Notes: generated from the letters alone by a model not told the origin. A DNA stretch of 64,000 bases from Pseudorhodobacter sp. (GCF_034675685.1 NZ_JAUCDA010000013.1:111693-175692); one strand, 5' to 3'; positions 1 through 10,846 are shown, numbered from the stretch's first letter. Numbers and translations are program-made.

Positions 1-888
1 TTCTTGTCCATTCACAACATGTGCGGCGGGATGATTGATAAGTTCGGCCAAGCCGAGGCAAAAGCGCGCTGGTTACCGAAAATCTGTACAATGGAGACAG
101 TGTTTTCCTATTGCCTGACCGAGCCTGCTTCGGGGTCGGATGCGGCGGCGTTAAGAACGCGGGCTATCCGCGGCACTGACGGTTGGCGGCTGACCGGGAC
201 CAAGGCGTTTATTTCCGGGGGCGGCTATTCGGACGCCTATATCGTGATGGCGCGGAGCGGGGACGCGGGGCCAAAAGGGATTTCGGCACTGATTGTCGAG
301 GATGGCACTGCGGGCCTGTCCTTTGGCGGGCTTGAAGACAAAATGGGCTGGCGATCACAGCCCACGCGGCAAGTGCAACTGGATGACTGCCTTGTACCGC
401 AGGCAAATTTGCTGGGCGAGGAAGGCCGCGGCTTTTCCTATGCGATGGCGGGGCTGGATGGCGGGCGGTTGAATATTGCGGCCTGTGCCTTGGGCGGGGC
501 GCAAGCGGCGCTGGATGCGACGCTGACCTATATGGGCGAACGAAAAGCCTTTGGCAAAAGCCTTGATCAGTTTCAGGCCTTGCAATTTCGTCTGGCCGAT
601 ATGGAAGTAAAGCTGCAAACCGCACGGGTATTTTTGCGCCATGCGGCTGGTTTGCTGGATGCAGGCGCCCCCGAGGCGACAAAGTTCTGTGCCATGGCAA
701 AGCTTTATGTGACAGACGCCTGTTTTGAGGTGGCCAATGGTTGTTTGCAACTGCATGGCGGCTATGGCTATCTTGCAGATTACGGAATTGAGAAGATCGT
801 GCGCGATTTGCGCGTGCATCAGATTCTGGAAGGCACCAATGAGATTATGCGCGTGATTATCGCCCGCCAGATGTTGGCCGACCGATGA
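1..888 (+). CDS. acyl-CoA dehydrogenase, C-terminal ~295 aa (5' end outside window). Probably isobutyryl-CoA dehydrogenase, given the valine-catabolic neighbours.
   Basis: Frame is open to base 1 (FLSIHNMCGGMIDKFG...). Family signatures CLTEPASGSDAAAL and GGYGYLADYGIEKIVRDLRVHQILEGTNEIMR are present. The stop overlaps the next start (ATGA 885-888). Confidence 0.85.
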   Translation, partial: FLSIHNMCGGMIDKFGQAEAKARWLPKICTMETVFSYCLTEPASGSDAAALRTRAIRGTDGWRLTGTKAFISGGGYSDAYIVMARSGDAGPKGISALIVEDGTAGLSFGGLEDKMGWRSQPTRQVQLDDCLVPQANLLGEEGRGFSYAMAGLDGGRLNIAACALGGAQAALDATLTYMGERKAFGKSLDQFQALQFRLADMEVKLQTARVFLRHAAGLLDAGAPEATKFCAMAKLYVTDACFEVANGCLQLHGGYGYLADYGIEKIVRDLRVHQILEGTNEIMRVIIARQMLADR

Positions 889-1919
889 ACGACATCTTGA
901 TCAGGATTGAGGGGCGCTGTGGCCGCGTGACCCTGAACCGACCCGCCGCGCTTAACGCGCTGAGTGAGCCGATGTGCGTGGCACTTGATGCGGCCCTGGT
1001 GGCCTGGGCGGCGGATGCCGCCGTTGATCTCGTGGTGATTGATGCCGCAGGCGATCGGGCCTTTTGCGCGGGCGGTGATATCGCCAAGCTATATGCAGCG
1101 GGAATGGCTGGCAATTATGCCCATGGTCAGGCGTTCTGGCACAAGGAATACCGGATGAACCTGCGCATCGCAGACTATCCCAAACCCGTGGTCAGCCTGA
1201 TGCAGGGGTTTACCATGGGCGGCGGCGTAGGTGTGGGCTGCCATGCCGGGCACCGGATTGTCGGGGAAAGCAGCCAGATTGCGATGCCGGAATGTGGAAT
1301 TGGTTTGGTGCCGGATGTTGGCGGGTCATATTTGCTGGCACATGCGCCGGGGTACTTGGGTGAATATCTCGCCAGTACCGGCACGCGGATGGGGCCAGCC
1401 GATGCGATTTACGCGGGGTTTGCCGATGTTTTTGTGCCAGAGCCCGATTGGCCCGCCCTGATCACGGCACTGGTGGCCGAAGGTACTGGGGCATTGGCGC
1501 GGTTTGTTGCGCCCGCGCCCGAGGGGGTTTTGGCCGCCCAGCAAGGCCAGATTGATGCGCATTTTTGCGGGGAGTCCCTGGGCGATGCCCTGCGGTCTTT
1601 GCGCGGCGACTCCGGGGCGTTCGCGCTTGGCGCTTTGAAGGCATTGCGCCGGGTTTCACCACTGGCCGCCTGCGCCGCAGTTGAAATGCTGCACCGTTTG
1701 GGTGATAGCCCCGCCCTGCCTGATGCGCTGGAATTGGAGTATCGCTATACGTTTCGCGCCCAGGAAAAGGGTGATTTTCTGGAAGGGATTCGCGCGGCCG
1801 TGATCGACAAAGACCGCAAGCCGAAGTGGCTTCATAAAAGTATAGAGACCGTCGCGGCGGCAGAGGTGGCAGCCATGCTGCTGCCTTTGGGTGCACAAGC
1901 TTGGACAGTAGAAGGATAA
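885..1919 (+). CDS. enoyl-CoA hydratase/isomerase family protein, 3-hydroxyisobutyryl-CoA hydrolase-like
   Basis: 344-aa ORF with crotonase-fold motifs FCAGGDI and QGFTMGGGVGVG. Its length and its position between an acyl-CoA dehydrogenase and mmsB fit the hydrolase branch. Confidence 0.8.
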   Translation: MNDILIRIEGRCGRVTLNRPAALNALSEPMCVALDAALVAWAADAAVDLVVIDAAGDRAFCAGGDIAKLYAAGMAGNYAHGQAFWHKEYRMNLRIADYPKPVVSLMQGFTMGGGVGVGCHAGHRIVGESSQIAMPECGIGLVPDVGGSYLLAHAPGYLGEYLASTGTRMGPADAIYAGFADVFVPEPDWPALITALVAEGTGALARFVAPAPEGVLAAQQGQIDAHFCGESLGDALRSLRGDSGAFALGALKALRRVSPLAACAAVEMLHRLGDSPALPDALELEYRYTFRAQEKGDFLEGIRAAVIDKDRKPKWLHKSIETVAAAEVAAMLLPLGAQAWTVEG

Positions 1920-1922
1920 GAG

Positions 1923-2795
1923 ATGAAGATAGGGTTTATCGGGCTTGGGAATATGGGCGGGCCAATGGCTGCAAATCTGGTGGCCGCCGGGCATGAGGTG
2001 CGGGGGTTTGATCTTGCGGCCGCCATGCCTGCGGGTGTGACGGCGGCAAAATCGGCGGCTGAAGCGGCCACGGGCGCAGACGTGGTGATCACGATGCTGC
2101 CCAATGGGGCGATTTTGCGCCAGGTTGCGGCAGAGGTGATCCCGGCAATGATGGCGGATGCGGTGCTGTGTGATTGTTCGACCGTTGACGTCGAGGCGGC
2201 GCGAACGGTGGCACAAACGGCGGCGGCGGCTGGCCTTGGCGCGCTGGATGCGCCGGTTTCGGGCGGTGTCGGTGGGGCTACGGCAGGCACGCTGACCTTT
2301 ATGGTCGGCGGCACGGAGGCAGCTTTTGCAAAAGTGCAGCCCTTGTTTGCGATCATGGGCCAAAAGGCCGTGCATTGCGGCGATGCCGGCGCCGGACAAT
2401 CGGCCAAGATTTGCAATAACATGATTTTGGGCGTGACGATGATTGCAACCTGCGAGGCCTTTGCCCTTGCCGATAAGCTGGGGCTTGATCGTCAGAAGAT
2501 GTTTGATGTGGTATCCACCTCATCGGGCTATTCCTGGACAATGAACGCCTATTGCCCGGCCCCCGGCATCGGGCCCAAAAGCCCGGCAGATAACGGCTAT
2601 ACCCCCGGCTTTGCAGCGGAATTGATGCTCAAGGATCTGCGGCTGTCGCAGCAGGCGGCGGTTTCGGTAGATGCCGATACACCGATGGGGCAGATGGCTG
2701 CGGCGCTCTATGCCCAGTTTGTGGAAGATGAGGATGGAAAGGGCCGGGATTTCAGCGCGATGTTGCCTCGGTTCGAAAAACGCGGGCGCGGCTGA
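1923..2795 (+). CDS. mmsB: 3-hydroxyisobutyrate dehydrogenase
   Basis: 290 aa with an N-terminal Rossmann motif MKIGFIGLGNMGGPMAANL and the conserved GQSAKICNNMILG block. It starts 3 nt after the previous stop. Confidence 0.85.
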   Translation: MKIGFIGLGNMGGPMAANLVAAGHEVRGFDLAAAMPAGVTAAKSAAEAATGADVVITMLPNGAILRQVAAEVIPAMMADAVLCDCSTVDVEAARTVAQTAAAAGLGALDAPVSGGVGGATAGTLTFMVGGTEAAFAKVQPLFAIMGQKAVHCGDAGAGQSAKICNNMILGVTMIATCEAFALADKLGLDRQKMFDVVSTSSGYSWTMNAYCPAPGIGPKSPADNGYTPGFAAELMLKDLRLSQQAAVSVDADTPMGQMAAALYAQFVEDEDGKGRDFSAMLPRFEKRGRG

Positions 2796-2875
2796 CGCAG
2801 ATCAATTGCAATAATTGGAATATGTAGTACACTCAGTTCAGCGGGGCAGCCCTGCCCCATTTGCAGGAGTGTGAG

Positions 2876-3085
2876 ATGTTCAAATCCAATGTTGGCGGCT
2901 ATGACCGTGTGCTGCGTATCGTCGTTGGTCTTGCCTTTTTGGCGGCGTTCTTTCTGATGCCGGGCTTTGGCTATCGCTGGGTGTTTATCGTGCTGGGTCT
3001 GCTTGCTTTGGGGACCGGGTTGATGAAAACCTGCCCGGCCTATTCGCTGTTTGGGGTGTCAAGCTGCCCGATGCGCAAGCCGTAA
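2876..3085 (+). CDS. DUF2892/YgaP-like small membrane protein
   Basis: ATG at 2876 is preceded by AGGAG (2865-2869). The 69-aa product has two hydrophobic helices and a C-terminal KTCPAYSLFGVSSCP motif. Confidence 0.6.
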   Translation: MFKSNVGGYDRVLRIVVGLAFLAAFFLMPGFGYRWVFIVLGLLALGTGLMKTCPAYSLFGVSSCPMRKP

Positions 3086-3104
3086 CCCTTGGGCCGTTGC
3101 ATCT

Positions 3105-3143
3105 GCCGGGTGCGTTGCCTTGAAAAAAGGCAACGCACCCGGC
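3105..3143. terminator. bidirectional hairpin between convergent DUF2892 gene and uvrA
   Basis: Perfect 15-bp inverted repeat GCCGGGTGCGTTGCC (3105-3119) / GGCAACGCACCCGGC (3129-3143) with the loop TTGAAAAAA. Confidence 0.7.
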
Positions 3144-3166
3144 TGGCCGTTCAGGGCCAAATGCAA

Positions 3167-6020
3167 CTATTCCGCCGCGACCTTGCGGGGTTTCAGCATG
3201 TCGCGCAAGTAGCGGCCGGTATGGCTTGCCTCTACCACCGCGATCGTTTCCGGGGTGCCTGTGGCCACAACTTCGCCGCCGCCATCGCCGCCCTCGGGGC
3301 CGATATCAATGACCCAATCGGCGGTCTTGACCACATCAAGGTTATGTTCGATCACGATCACGGTGTTGCCCTGATCGACCAATTCGTGCAGCACCTCCAG
3401 CAGCTTTTTCACGTCTTCGAAATGCAGGCCCGTGGTGGGTTCATCAAGGATATAAAGCGTGCGTCCGGTCGCGCGGCGGGCAAGTTCCTTTGACAGTTTC
3501 ACGCGCTGCGCCTCACCCCCTGACAGGGTGGTCGCGGATTGTCCAACGCTGATATAGCCAAGCCCCACACGCACCAAGGCATCCATTTTTTCACGGATGC
3601 TTGGAACCGCCTGGAAAAAGGCTTGCGCATCTTCAACCGTCATATCAAGAACGTCTGCTATGCTATTGTTTTTGAACTTTATTTCCAAAGTTTCACGATT
3701 ATAGCGTTTGCCCTTGCAGGTTTCACACTGCACATAGACATCAGGCAAAAAATGCATCTCTATCTTGATCAGCCCATCGCCTTGGCAGGCCTCACAGCGC
3801 CCCCCCTTGACGTTGAAGCTGAACCGACCCGGCGCATAGCCGCGCGCCTTGGATTCCGGCAGGCCGGCGAACCAATCCCGGATCGGCGTAAACGCCCCCG
3901 TATAGGTCGCGGGGTTGGACCGCGGGGTGCGGCCAATCGGGCGCTGGTCGATGTCGATGACCTTGTCCAGATGCTCGAACCCCTTGATCGTCTCACAAGG
4001 GGCGGGGGTTTCACGGGCACCATTCAGGCGGGTGGCGGCGGTTTTGTACAGGGTCTCGATGGTCAGGGTAGATTTGCCCCCCCCCCGAAACCCCGGTGAC
4101 GCAGATGAACTTGCCCAGCGGAAAGTCGACAGTGACATTCTGCAGGTTATTGCCCGTGGCCTTGACCACCGTCACTTTTTTACCCGTGCCCTTGCGGCGT
4201 TGTTTGGGAACAGAAATCTCACGGGTGCCTTGCAAATATTGGCCGGTCAGGCTGGCAGGGTCGGCCATTACCTGCGCCGGTGTCCCATGCGAAACCACCA
4301 TACCGCCATGCACGCCAGCGCCCGGCCCCATGTCGAACACATAATCCGCCTCGCGGATCGCATCCTCATCATGCTCGACCACAATCACCGAATTGCCCTG
4401 ATCACGCAGGTTTTTCAGCGTGGTCAGCAGGCGGTCATTATCGCGTTGATGCAACCCGATAGAGGGTTCATCCAACACATAAAGCACGCCAGTCAGGCCC
4501 GAGCCGATCTGGCTGGCCAGTCGGATACGCTGGCTTTCCCCCCCCGAAAGCGTGCCTGCATTGCGCGAAAGCGACAGGTAATTCAGGCCAACATTCACCA
4601 AGAACCCCAGCCGTTCGCGAATCTCCTTGAGGATGGCGCGGGCAATTTCGTTTTTCTGGACCGTCAGATGTTCGGGCACCTGGGAAATCCAATCATGCGC
4701 CTCGCTGATCGACATTTGCACAACCTGACCCGCATGAAGCCCCGCGATTTTCACCGCCAATGCCTCGGGGCGCAGGCGGAAGCCTTCGCAGGCACCGCAG
4801 GACCGGTTGTTTTGGTAACGCTCAAATTCCTCACGCACCCAGTTGCTGTCGGTTTCGCGAAAACGGCGTTCCATGTTGGGTATAACGCCCTCAAACACGC
4901 GAGAAACCTGATAAATCCGCCCGCCTTCATCATAGCGAAACTGGATTTCCTCTTCGCCAGAGCCACGCAGAAACACCTCTTTGGCCTTTTCGGGCAGGTC
5001 TTTCCATTTGGCTTTCTTGTCAAATTCGTAATGTTTTGCAATCGCGTCAATGGTTTGGATGAAATAGGGGCTTTTTGACTTTGCCCAGGGTGCCAGCGCG
5101 CCTTGGGCAAGAGTCAGGTTTTGGTCGGGGACGATCAGACGTTCATCAAAGAACAGCTCAACCCCCAGACCATCGCAAACCGGGCAGGCGCCAAAGGGCG
5201 CGTTGAACGAGAACAGACGCGGTTCAATCTCGGGGATGGTGAAACCTGACACCGGGCAGGCGAATTTTTCGCTGAATGTCGTGCGCGTGGCCTCTTCATT
5301 CGCCAGTTCCAGAATGGCGATACCATCGGCAAGGTTAAGCGCGGTGCGCAGGCTGTCGGCGAGGCGGGTTTCGATACCCTCTTTCACCACAATCCGATCG
5401 ACCACCACGTCGATATTGTGACGAAATTTCTTGTCCAGCGTCGGCGCATCCTCCAGCTCATAGAATTGCCCGTTGACCTTCACCCGCTGAAACCCCTGTT
5501 TGCGCAGGTCCAGGAATTCCTTTTTATACTCACCCTTGCGGTCACGGATGATCGGGGCCAGCAGATAGGCGCGGGTGCCATCCTCCATCGCCATGATGAT
5601 ATCAACCATATCCTGCACCTGCTGCGCGGTAATCGGCTTGCCGGTCGTGGGGCTGAAGGGGGTGCCGGTGCGGGCGAACAGCAGGCGCATATAGTCGTAA
5701 ATCTCGGTCACCGTGCCAACGGTCGAACGCGGATTTTTTGAGGTGGTCTTTTGTTCAATCGAGATCGCAGGCGACAGGCCCGAGATGTGATCAACATCGG
5801 GTTTCCCCATCATATCAAGGAATTGCCGCGCGTAGGCCGACAGGCTTTCGACATAGCGGCGCTGGCCTTCGGCATAGATCGTATCAAAAGCCAGCGAGGA
5901 TTTGCCAGAGCCCGACAGCCCCGTGATCACCACCAGCTTGTCGCGCGGAATATCCACATCGACGCCTTTAAGGTTATGTTCCCGCGCGCCGCGCACTTCG
6001 ATGAATTTCTGTTCGGCCAT
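3167..6020 (-). pseudogene. uvrA: excinuclease ABC subunit UvrA, reading frame broken once at a C10/G10 run
   Basis: ORF 4011-6020 is the N-terminal part ([19 protein letters not shown]..., Walker [15 protein letters not shown]). ORF 3167-4138 is the C-terminal part. They meet inside the second Walker A (...CVTGVSGGG|[10 protein letters not shown]...) at the homopolymer 4077-4086. Nine G instead of ten restores GVSGGGKS. Confidence 0.93.
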
Positions 6021-6086
6021 GCCCGCCCCCGATTTCTACCGGCTATAGATAGGGTCTTTTGCCTGAAGTCTCCAATCGAAAAAGGT

Positions 6087-6101
6087 GAACGATTAGTGAA
6101 C
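6087..6101 (-). promoter_or_regulatory. candidate LexA (SOS) box, GTTC-N7-GTTC direct repeat, upstream of uvrA
   Basis: Plus strand reads GAACgattagtGAAC, which is GTTCactaatcGTTC on the uvrA strand. It lies 67-81 nt upstream of the uvrA ATG (6018-6020). It matches the alphaproteobacterial direct-repeat LexA operator. Confidence 0.65.
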
Positions 6102-6119
6102 AAAGCTGCAGAGTGTCGA

Positions 6120-7295
6120 TTAAGTTACGTCAAATAGACGGCGACGGGCCTGAACTTGATGCACTACGATGCCAATCACGCTTGGGATCACGACAAACAG
6201 CGCCATGCCGGGCACGCCCTGCCCCGCAATCAGCAGTGCCAGCAACGGCGTGCCAGAGGTGGTGCCAAGATTGCCAAGCTGGGCAATGGCCCCGGCAGCA
6301 CGGGCGCGGGCTTCGCCCGTGGCATTCAGCTGGGCAACGGCAGCAAAACTGGCCCCCTGAACGACGCCAAGCATGCCAGCAAGGCCAAGGGCTGCGAAAA
6401 CCATCGGCCAATCCTGGCCCCAGAACCCCCACAGGCACAGCGCCGCAAGAACGCTGGTTGCAAAGCCTGCTTGCACCATGCGCACCGCCGGCACCCAACG
6501 CAACAGCCAGACCCCAAAGGTCAGCGAAACCGCGATAGACACCAGCGGCATCGCTGTGGCGATAAACGCCTGATGCGGGCCGCCGATCATCGGGGGCAGC
6601 AATGTCAGCAAGGCAACATAGGTAAGCGTGTAGCAAAAAAAGCCCATCGCTGGGGCCGCAAGCCGCGCCGAGCGGTAGATGGTGACATGCTGCCTCAGCA
6701 GGGCGCTGACCTTGGGAAATGGCGTGGATTCGGGGCTGTCCTTGGGCAGAACAGCCCAGATAAAACCTGCAAAAACAGCCATATAACCGGCATGTGCCAG
6801 AAATAGCGCGCCATCGCCCCAAGCCAGCGCCAAGGGACGCCCAAGCGCTGCTGTCAGCGCAAAAGAGACGGCAAAAAAGCTGGACCAAAGCGTCATTGCC
6901 AGCCCTTGATGCCGCAGGGGGGCCGTTTGGGCGATCAGCACCGGGGCCGCGACAACGATGGCAAGATGCGAAAACCCTTCGATCGCACGCAGGGCAAGCA
7001 AGGCAGGCAGTGGCGGAAAGCTGGCCTCCAAAGCCGACAGCACGGCCCCTGCCCCAAGCGCCCAGACCAACACGCGCCGATACCCCAGACGCTGCACCAA
7101 CAGCCCCGCGGTGGTACCAAAGACAAGGCCAATCAGCCCGACAACCGAAACGACAAGCCCCAACGTGACCTGCCCTGCGCCGGGGTAATGGCTGGCGATC
7201 CGGTCAAACAGGATCGAAATCTTGCCAAATTGCGCGGCGGCCCCAAGCCCCGCGCCCCACAGGACCAGAATGATGATGAGGGGCGAGCGGTTCAT
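6120..7295 (-). CDS. MFS transporter
   Basis: 391 aa, about 12 hydrophobic segments, MFS-like loop QRLGYRRVL after TM2. Confidence 0.75.
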   Translation of the reverse strand: MNRSPLIIILVLWGAGLGAAAQFGKISILFDRIASHYPGAGQVTLGLVVSVVGLIGLVFGTTAGLLVQRLGYRRVLVWALGAGAVLSALEASFPPLPALLALRAIEGFSHLAIVVAAPVLIAQTAPLRHQGLAMTLWSSFFAVSFALTAALGRPLALAWGDGALFLAHAGYMAVFAGFIWAVLPKDSPESTPFPKVSALLRQHVTIYRSARLAAPAMGFFCYTLTYVALLTLLPPMIGGPHQAFIATAMPLVSIAVSLTFGVWLLRWVPAVRMVQAGFATSVLAALCLWGFWGQDWPMVFAALGLAGMLGVVQGASFAAVAQLNATGEARARAAGAIAQLGNLGTTSGTPLLALLIAGQGVPGMALFVVIPSVIGIVVHQVQARRRLFDVT

Positions 7296-7386
7296 AAGAG
7301 GTGCTTAGCCGATGGCTGCGAAGGTTGCCATGAAAAAACCCGGCCCCTTTTACCGGACCGGGCGAAATGTTCAGCCTTTTGTCGGG

Positions 7387-8795
7387 TCACATATGGATGA
7401 CTTGACCGTAAGCATCCAAAACCGACTCATGCATCATTTCCGACAGCGTCGGGTGCGGGAAAATGGTGTGCATCAGGTCTTCTTCGGTGGTTTCCAACTG
7501 GCGACCGATGACATAGCCTTGGATCAATTCGGTGACTTCGGCACCGATCATATGCGCACCCAAAAGCTCGCCTGTCTTGGCGTCAAAAATGGTTTTGATC
7601 ATGCCTTCCGCCTCGCCCAAGGCAATCGCTTTGCCATTGCCGATAAACGGGAAACGGCCAACTTTTATGGCGTGACCGGCCTCTTCGCCTTGGCCTCGGT
7701 CAGACCAACACTGGCCACTTGCGGATGGCAATAGGTACAGCCTGCGATGGAATTTGGCTTGATCGGATGCGGGTGTTTGCCTGCGATCAGCTCGGCCACC
7801 ATGACGCCTTCATGGCTGGCCTTGTGGGCAAGCCATGGTGCGCCCGCGATGTCGCCTATGGCATAAAGCCCGTCAACGCCGGTGCGGCAATATTCATCGG
7901 TGACGACATGGGTGCAGTCGATTTTAACGCCCAACGCCTCTAGCCCAAGGTTTTCGACATTGCCGACGATGCCCACGGCAGAAATTACCGTGTCAAATTC
8001 CATCGTCTCGGTCTTGCCGTTCGATTCCAGATGCGCGGTCACCTTGCCGCCGCCTTTGGCATCGGGGGCTTTATCCAGCTTCTTGACGGTGGTCTTCTCC
8101 AGAATCTTCATGCCCTGTTTGACAAAGGCTTTCTTGGCAAAGGCGCTGATTTCCGCATCTTCAACCGGCAAAACGCGGTCCATCACCTCTACCACGGTGG
8201 TATCTGCGCCCAACGTGTTGAAAAAACTGGCAAACTCTATGCCAATCGCGCCAGAGCCAATGACCAGAAGTTTTTTCGGCATCCGCTTTGGCTGCAAGGC
8301 ATGGCGATAGGTCCAGACCAGATCGCCGTCGGCCTCCAGCCCCGGCAGGGTGCGCGCGCGCGCGCCAGTGGCCAAGATGATGGCGGGGGCGGTCAATTCC
8401 TCTGTGCCCTTGTCGGTTTTCACCGAAACCTTGCCTTTGCCCGGCAAGCTCGCCTCACCCATGATCACGGTAATCTTGTTCTTTTTCATCAGATGGCCAA
8501 TGCCACCCGAAAGCTGCTTGGCCACCCCGCGTGAGCGGGCAACAACAGCATCCAGATCATATGAGATGCCCGTGGCCGCGAGGCCAAATTCCTTGGCGCG
8601 GTGCATCAGGTGAAACACCTCGGCGGAACGCAGCAGCGCCTTGGTTGGTATGCAGCCCCAGTTCAGGCAGATGCCGCCGAGGTTTTCACGCTCGACAATC
8701 GCGACCGATTTCCCCAGTTGTGCCGCCCGTATGGCGGCGACATACCCCCCCGGCCCGGAACCGATCACGATCACATCATATGCCTTGGCCGCCAT
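7387..8795 (-). pseudogene. lpdA: dihydrolipoyl dehydrogenase, one frameshift
   Basis: ORF 7665-8795 is N-terminal (GSGPGGYVAAIRAAQLG, redox-active CLNWGCIPTK). ORF 7387-7731 is the C-terminal dimerisation domain (...FPHPTLSEMM...). The frames join as ...GLTEAKAK|EAGHAIKVGRFPF... with a 1-nt change near 7681-7686. Confidence 0.92.
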
Positions 8796-8889
8796 TTTTC
8801 TCTCCTCCGAAAAAGTAGTTTGCCATTAAACTATATTTGTCGTTCCAGCAATAATTCTGCCGCCTTTGGGGTATGTGCTGGGTGCATAG

Positions 8890-9465
8890 CTAGAGTTTGT
8901 CCTGTAATTCCTGCACAATCGCGCCGTAGCCCCCCGATGCCATAAACGCCTCTTCCTCGGCCGAGGATATGCGGCCAAGGGCTGTATTGCGAAATGGAAA
9001 GCGGCCAAAGCGTTCAATGATGGCCTGATGCGCGCGGGCATGCAGGGCGCTGTGCGGGTCATCCATCCGGGTTTTGAAGCAATCGACGGCAAGGGCCTGA
9101 TCGGCAATATCCTCGGAATGTTCAAAGGGCATGTAGAAAAACTGGCGCTCGGGTGTGGGGATATCTTGATCCCAGTTTTGCGCAAGCGCCTTGCGGGCGG
9201 CCGCACGGGCGCGGGCGTCAGTGGCAAAGGCGCGGGGATCACCACGAAACATGTTGCGCGGGAACTGATCGGTAAGGATCAGATAGGCCAGTGTGCTGGT
9301 CGCGCCGTCAACCCAATGCTCCAACCCGCCATCATGGGCGGCTTGCCAAAGCGCGCCAAAATCCTCGGTGATTTGGGCATCAATCTTTGGGTTCACCTCA
9401 TACCAGCCCTTTGGGCCGACGGTTTTCAGCCAAAACGTCAGTAGTGTTGCGGGATCAGACATCAC
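8890..9465 (-). CDS. DUF924 family protein
   Basis: 191 aa with the typical DUF924 blocks ILTDQFPRNMFRG and IIERFGRFPFRNTALGR. Confidence 0.8.
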   Translation of the reverse strand: MMSDPATLLTFWLKTVGPKGWYEVNPKIDAQITEDFGALWQAAHDGGLEHWVDGATSTLAYLILTDQFPRNMFRGDPRAFATDARARAAARKALAQNWDQDIPTPERQFFYMPFEHSEDIADQALAVDCFKTRMDDPHSALHARAHQAIIERFGRFPFRNTALGRISSAEEEAFMASGGYGAIVQELQDKL

Positions 9466-9534
9466 GCCCCCTTGTTTGCGTTAACCTGTCGGCCAAGCGT
9501 GGCAGGTTTGCGCCGGGGTTTCAATGCCCTGATA

Positions 9535-10846
9535 TCACGGTTGATTTGTATCTGTCCCGTCTTGTCTTGCCTCTGCTTTGGCCTGCGCCCCGGCAAGATG
9601 GCTTTCGCTTTCCGGGCCTTCATTATCGGCTGCGATCATCGCCACTTCCAACACAATCGCCGTGCCCGAGGGCGAAACCGCCGTAAAGCTTGACGTGGCA
9701 TCCGCGCTGCGTTTGCGCTGCGACATCCGCCACAGGGCATAGACCGCAAGGGCGGCAAACAGCAGGGCCATGAACAGGAAAAACCCGCTGGGGCCAACCA
9801 CGCCCATCATCCAGCCGGTGATCAGCGGGCCCGAGATTGCGCCCAGACCATTGATAAACAACAAACCAGCCGAGGCTGCGGCCATATCAGAGCGATCAAG
9901 GTAATCATTCACATAGGCCAGCAGCAGCGAATAAAGCGGGTTGGATACCGCGCCCCCCAAGGCCCCAACCCCGCAAAGCGCCCAAAACGGAACATCCCAG
10001 AACACCGGAATTATCAGCCCGACCCCGCCACACGCGCTAAGCCCAAGGATGACCTTGCGGCGATCAATCCTGTCAGACAGCCATCCGATCGGATACTGAA
10101 AGATCATACCGCCGATATAGATGCCGGCAATGAATATGGAAATTTCGCGGATGGTCAGGCCCGCTTGCGACCCCCAAACGGCAGCCATGCCGAACTGCGC
10201 CCGAAAACACCCCCCCCAGCACAAACATGCCGATGCAGCCCAGTGGCGAGGCGTCATAAAGCTGTTTGAAGCTGAGCGGCTTGGTGGATTCGAACGCCGG
10301 GGCCTGACTGACCGACAGCAAGATCGGGGTGAAGGCAAGAGAGACCAGAACCGAAGGAATGATGAACAGGATAAAGCCGTTCGGATCGCCAAGGTTCAAA
10401 AGCCCCTGCGCTGCGATGATGCCGATCATCTGCACGATCAGGTAAAGCGACAGCGCCTGGCCCCGGTTTTCATTGCTTGACGCATCATTCAACCAGCTTT
10501 CCGCGGTGATATAGACCCCGGAAAAGGAAAACCCGATCAACACCCGCATCAACGACCATGCAATCCAGTTTGGCGCCACCGCATACATGATCAACACCGC
10601 CGAGATCAGCGAGCCAAGGGCCGCAAACACGCGCACATGGCCGACACGGCGGATCATATCGGGCGCCATGCGCGACCCGAACAGAAACCCGACAAAGTAG
10701 CAGGACATGACAATCGACAGTTGGAACGTCGTCATGTTTTCCTGACCGCCGCGAATGCCCAGCAGCGTGCCTTGCATGCCATTGCCCAGCATCAACAACA
10801 TCATTCCGAGCAGCAGCGCCCAGGAGTTTCGCAATACGGCAATCAT
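9535..10846 (-). pseudogene. MFS transporter (YcaD-like), one frameshift at a C8/G8 run
   Basis: ORFs 10073-10846 (N-terminal half) and 9535-10392 (C-terminal half) are both multi-TM. Removing one G from the run 10210-10217 gives a continuous ...GMFVLGGCFRAQFGMAAVWG.... Confidence 0.8.

Noticed and set aside
4077-4086. Homopolymer tracts (uvrA C10, pgi C9, MFS C8) as deliberate phase-variation switches
   Set aside because: The affected genes are housekeeping genes rather than surface or contingency genes. Disruptions also occur at very short runs and in essential valS. Every site is repaired by a single-base run-length change, so sequencing or assembly error explains the whole set more simply. 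Kept only as a low-probability alternative in the findings.
3915-5078. Long antisense 'shadow' ORFs opposite well-conserved genes. Examples: 3915-5078 (+) opposite uvrA, 11074-12108 (+) opposite queA, 21234-22262 (+) opposite PBP1A, 31073-32440 (-) opposite valS and the aminotransferase, 40548-41690 (-) opposite glcB, 57146-58531 (+) opposite zwf, 59948-61156 (+) opposite TPR-CHAT.
   Set aside because: Their translations are Arg/Gly/Pro/Ala/His-rich low-complexity strings with no recognisable motifs. The opposite strand encodes full-length conserved proteins. Stop-poor antisense frames are expected in GC-rich DNA.
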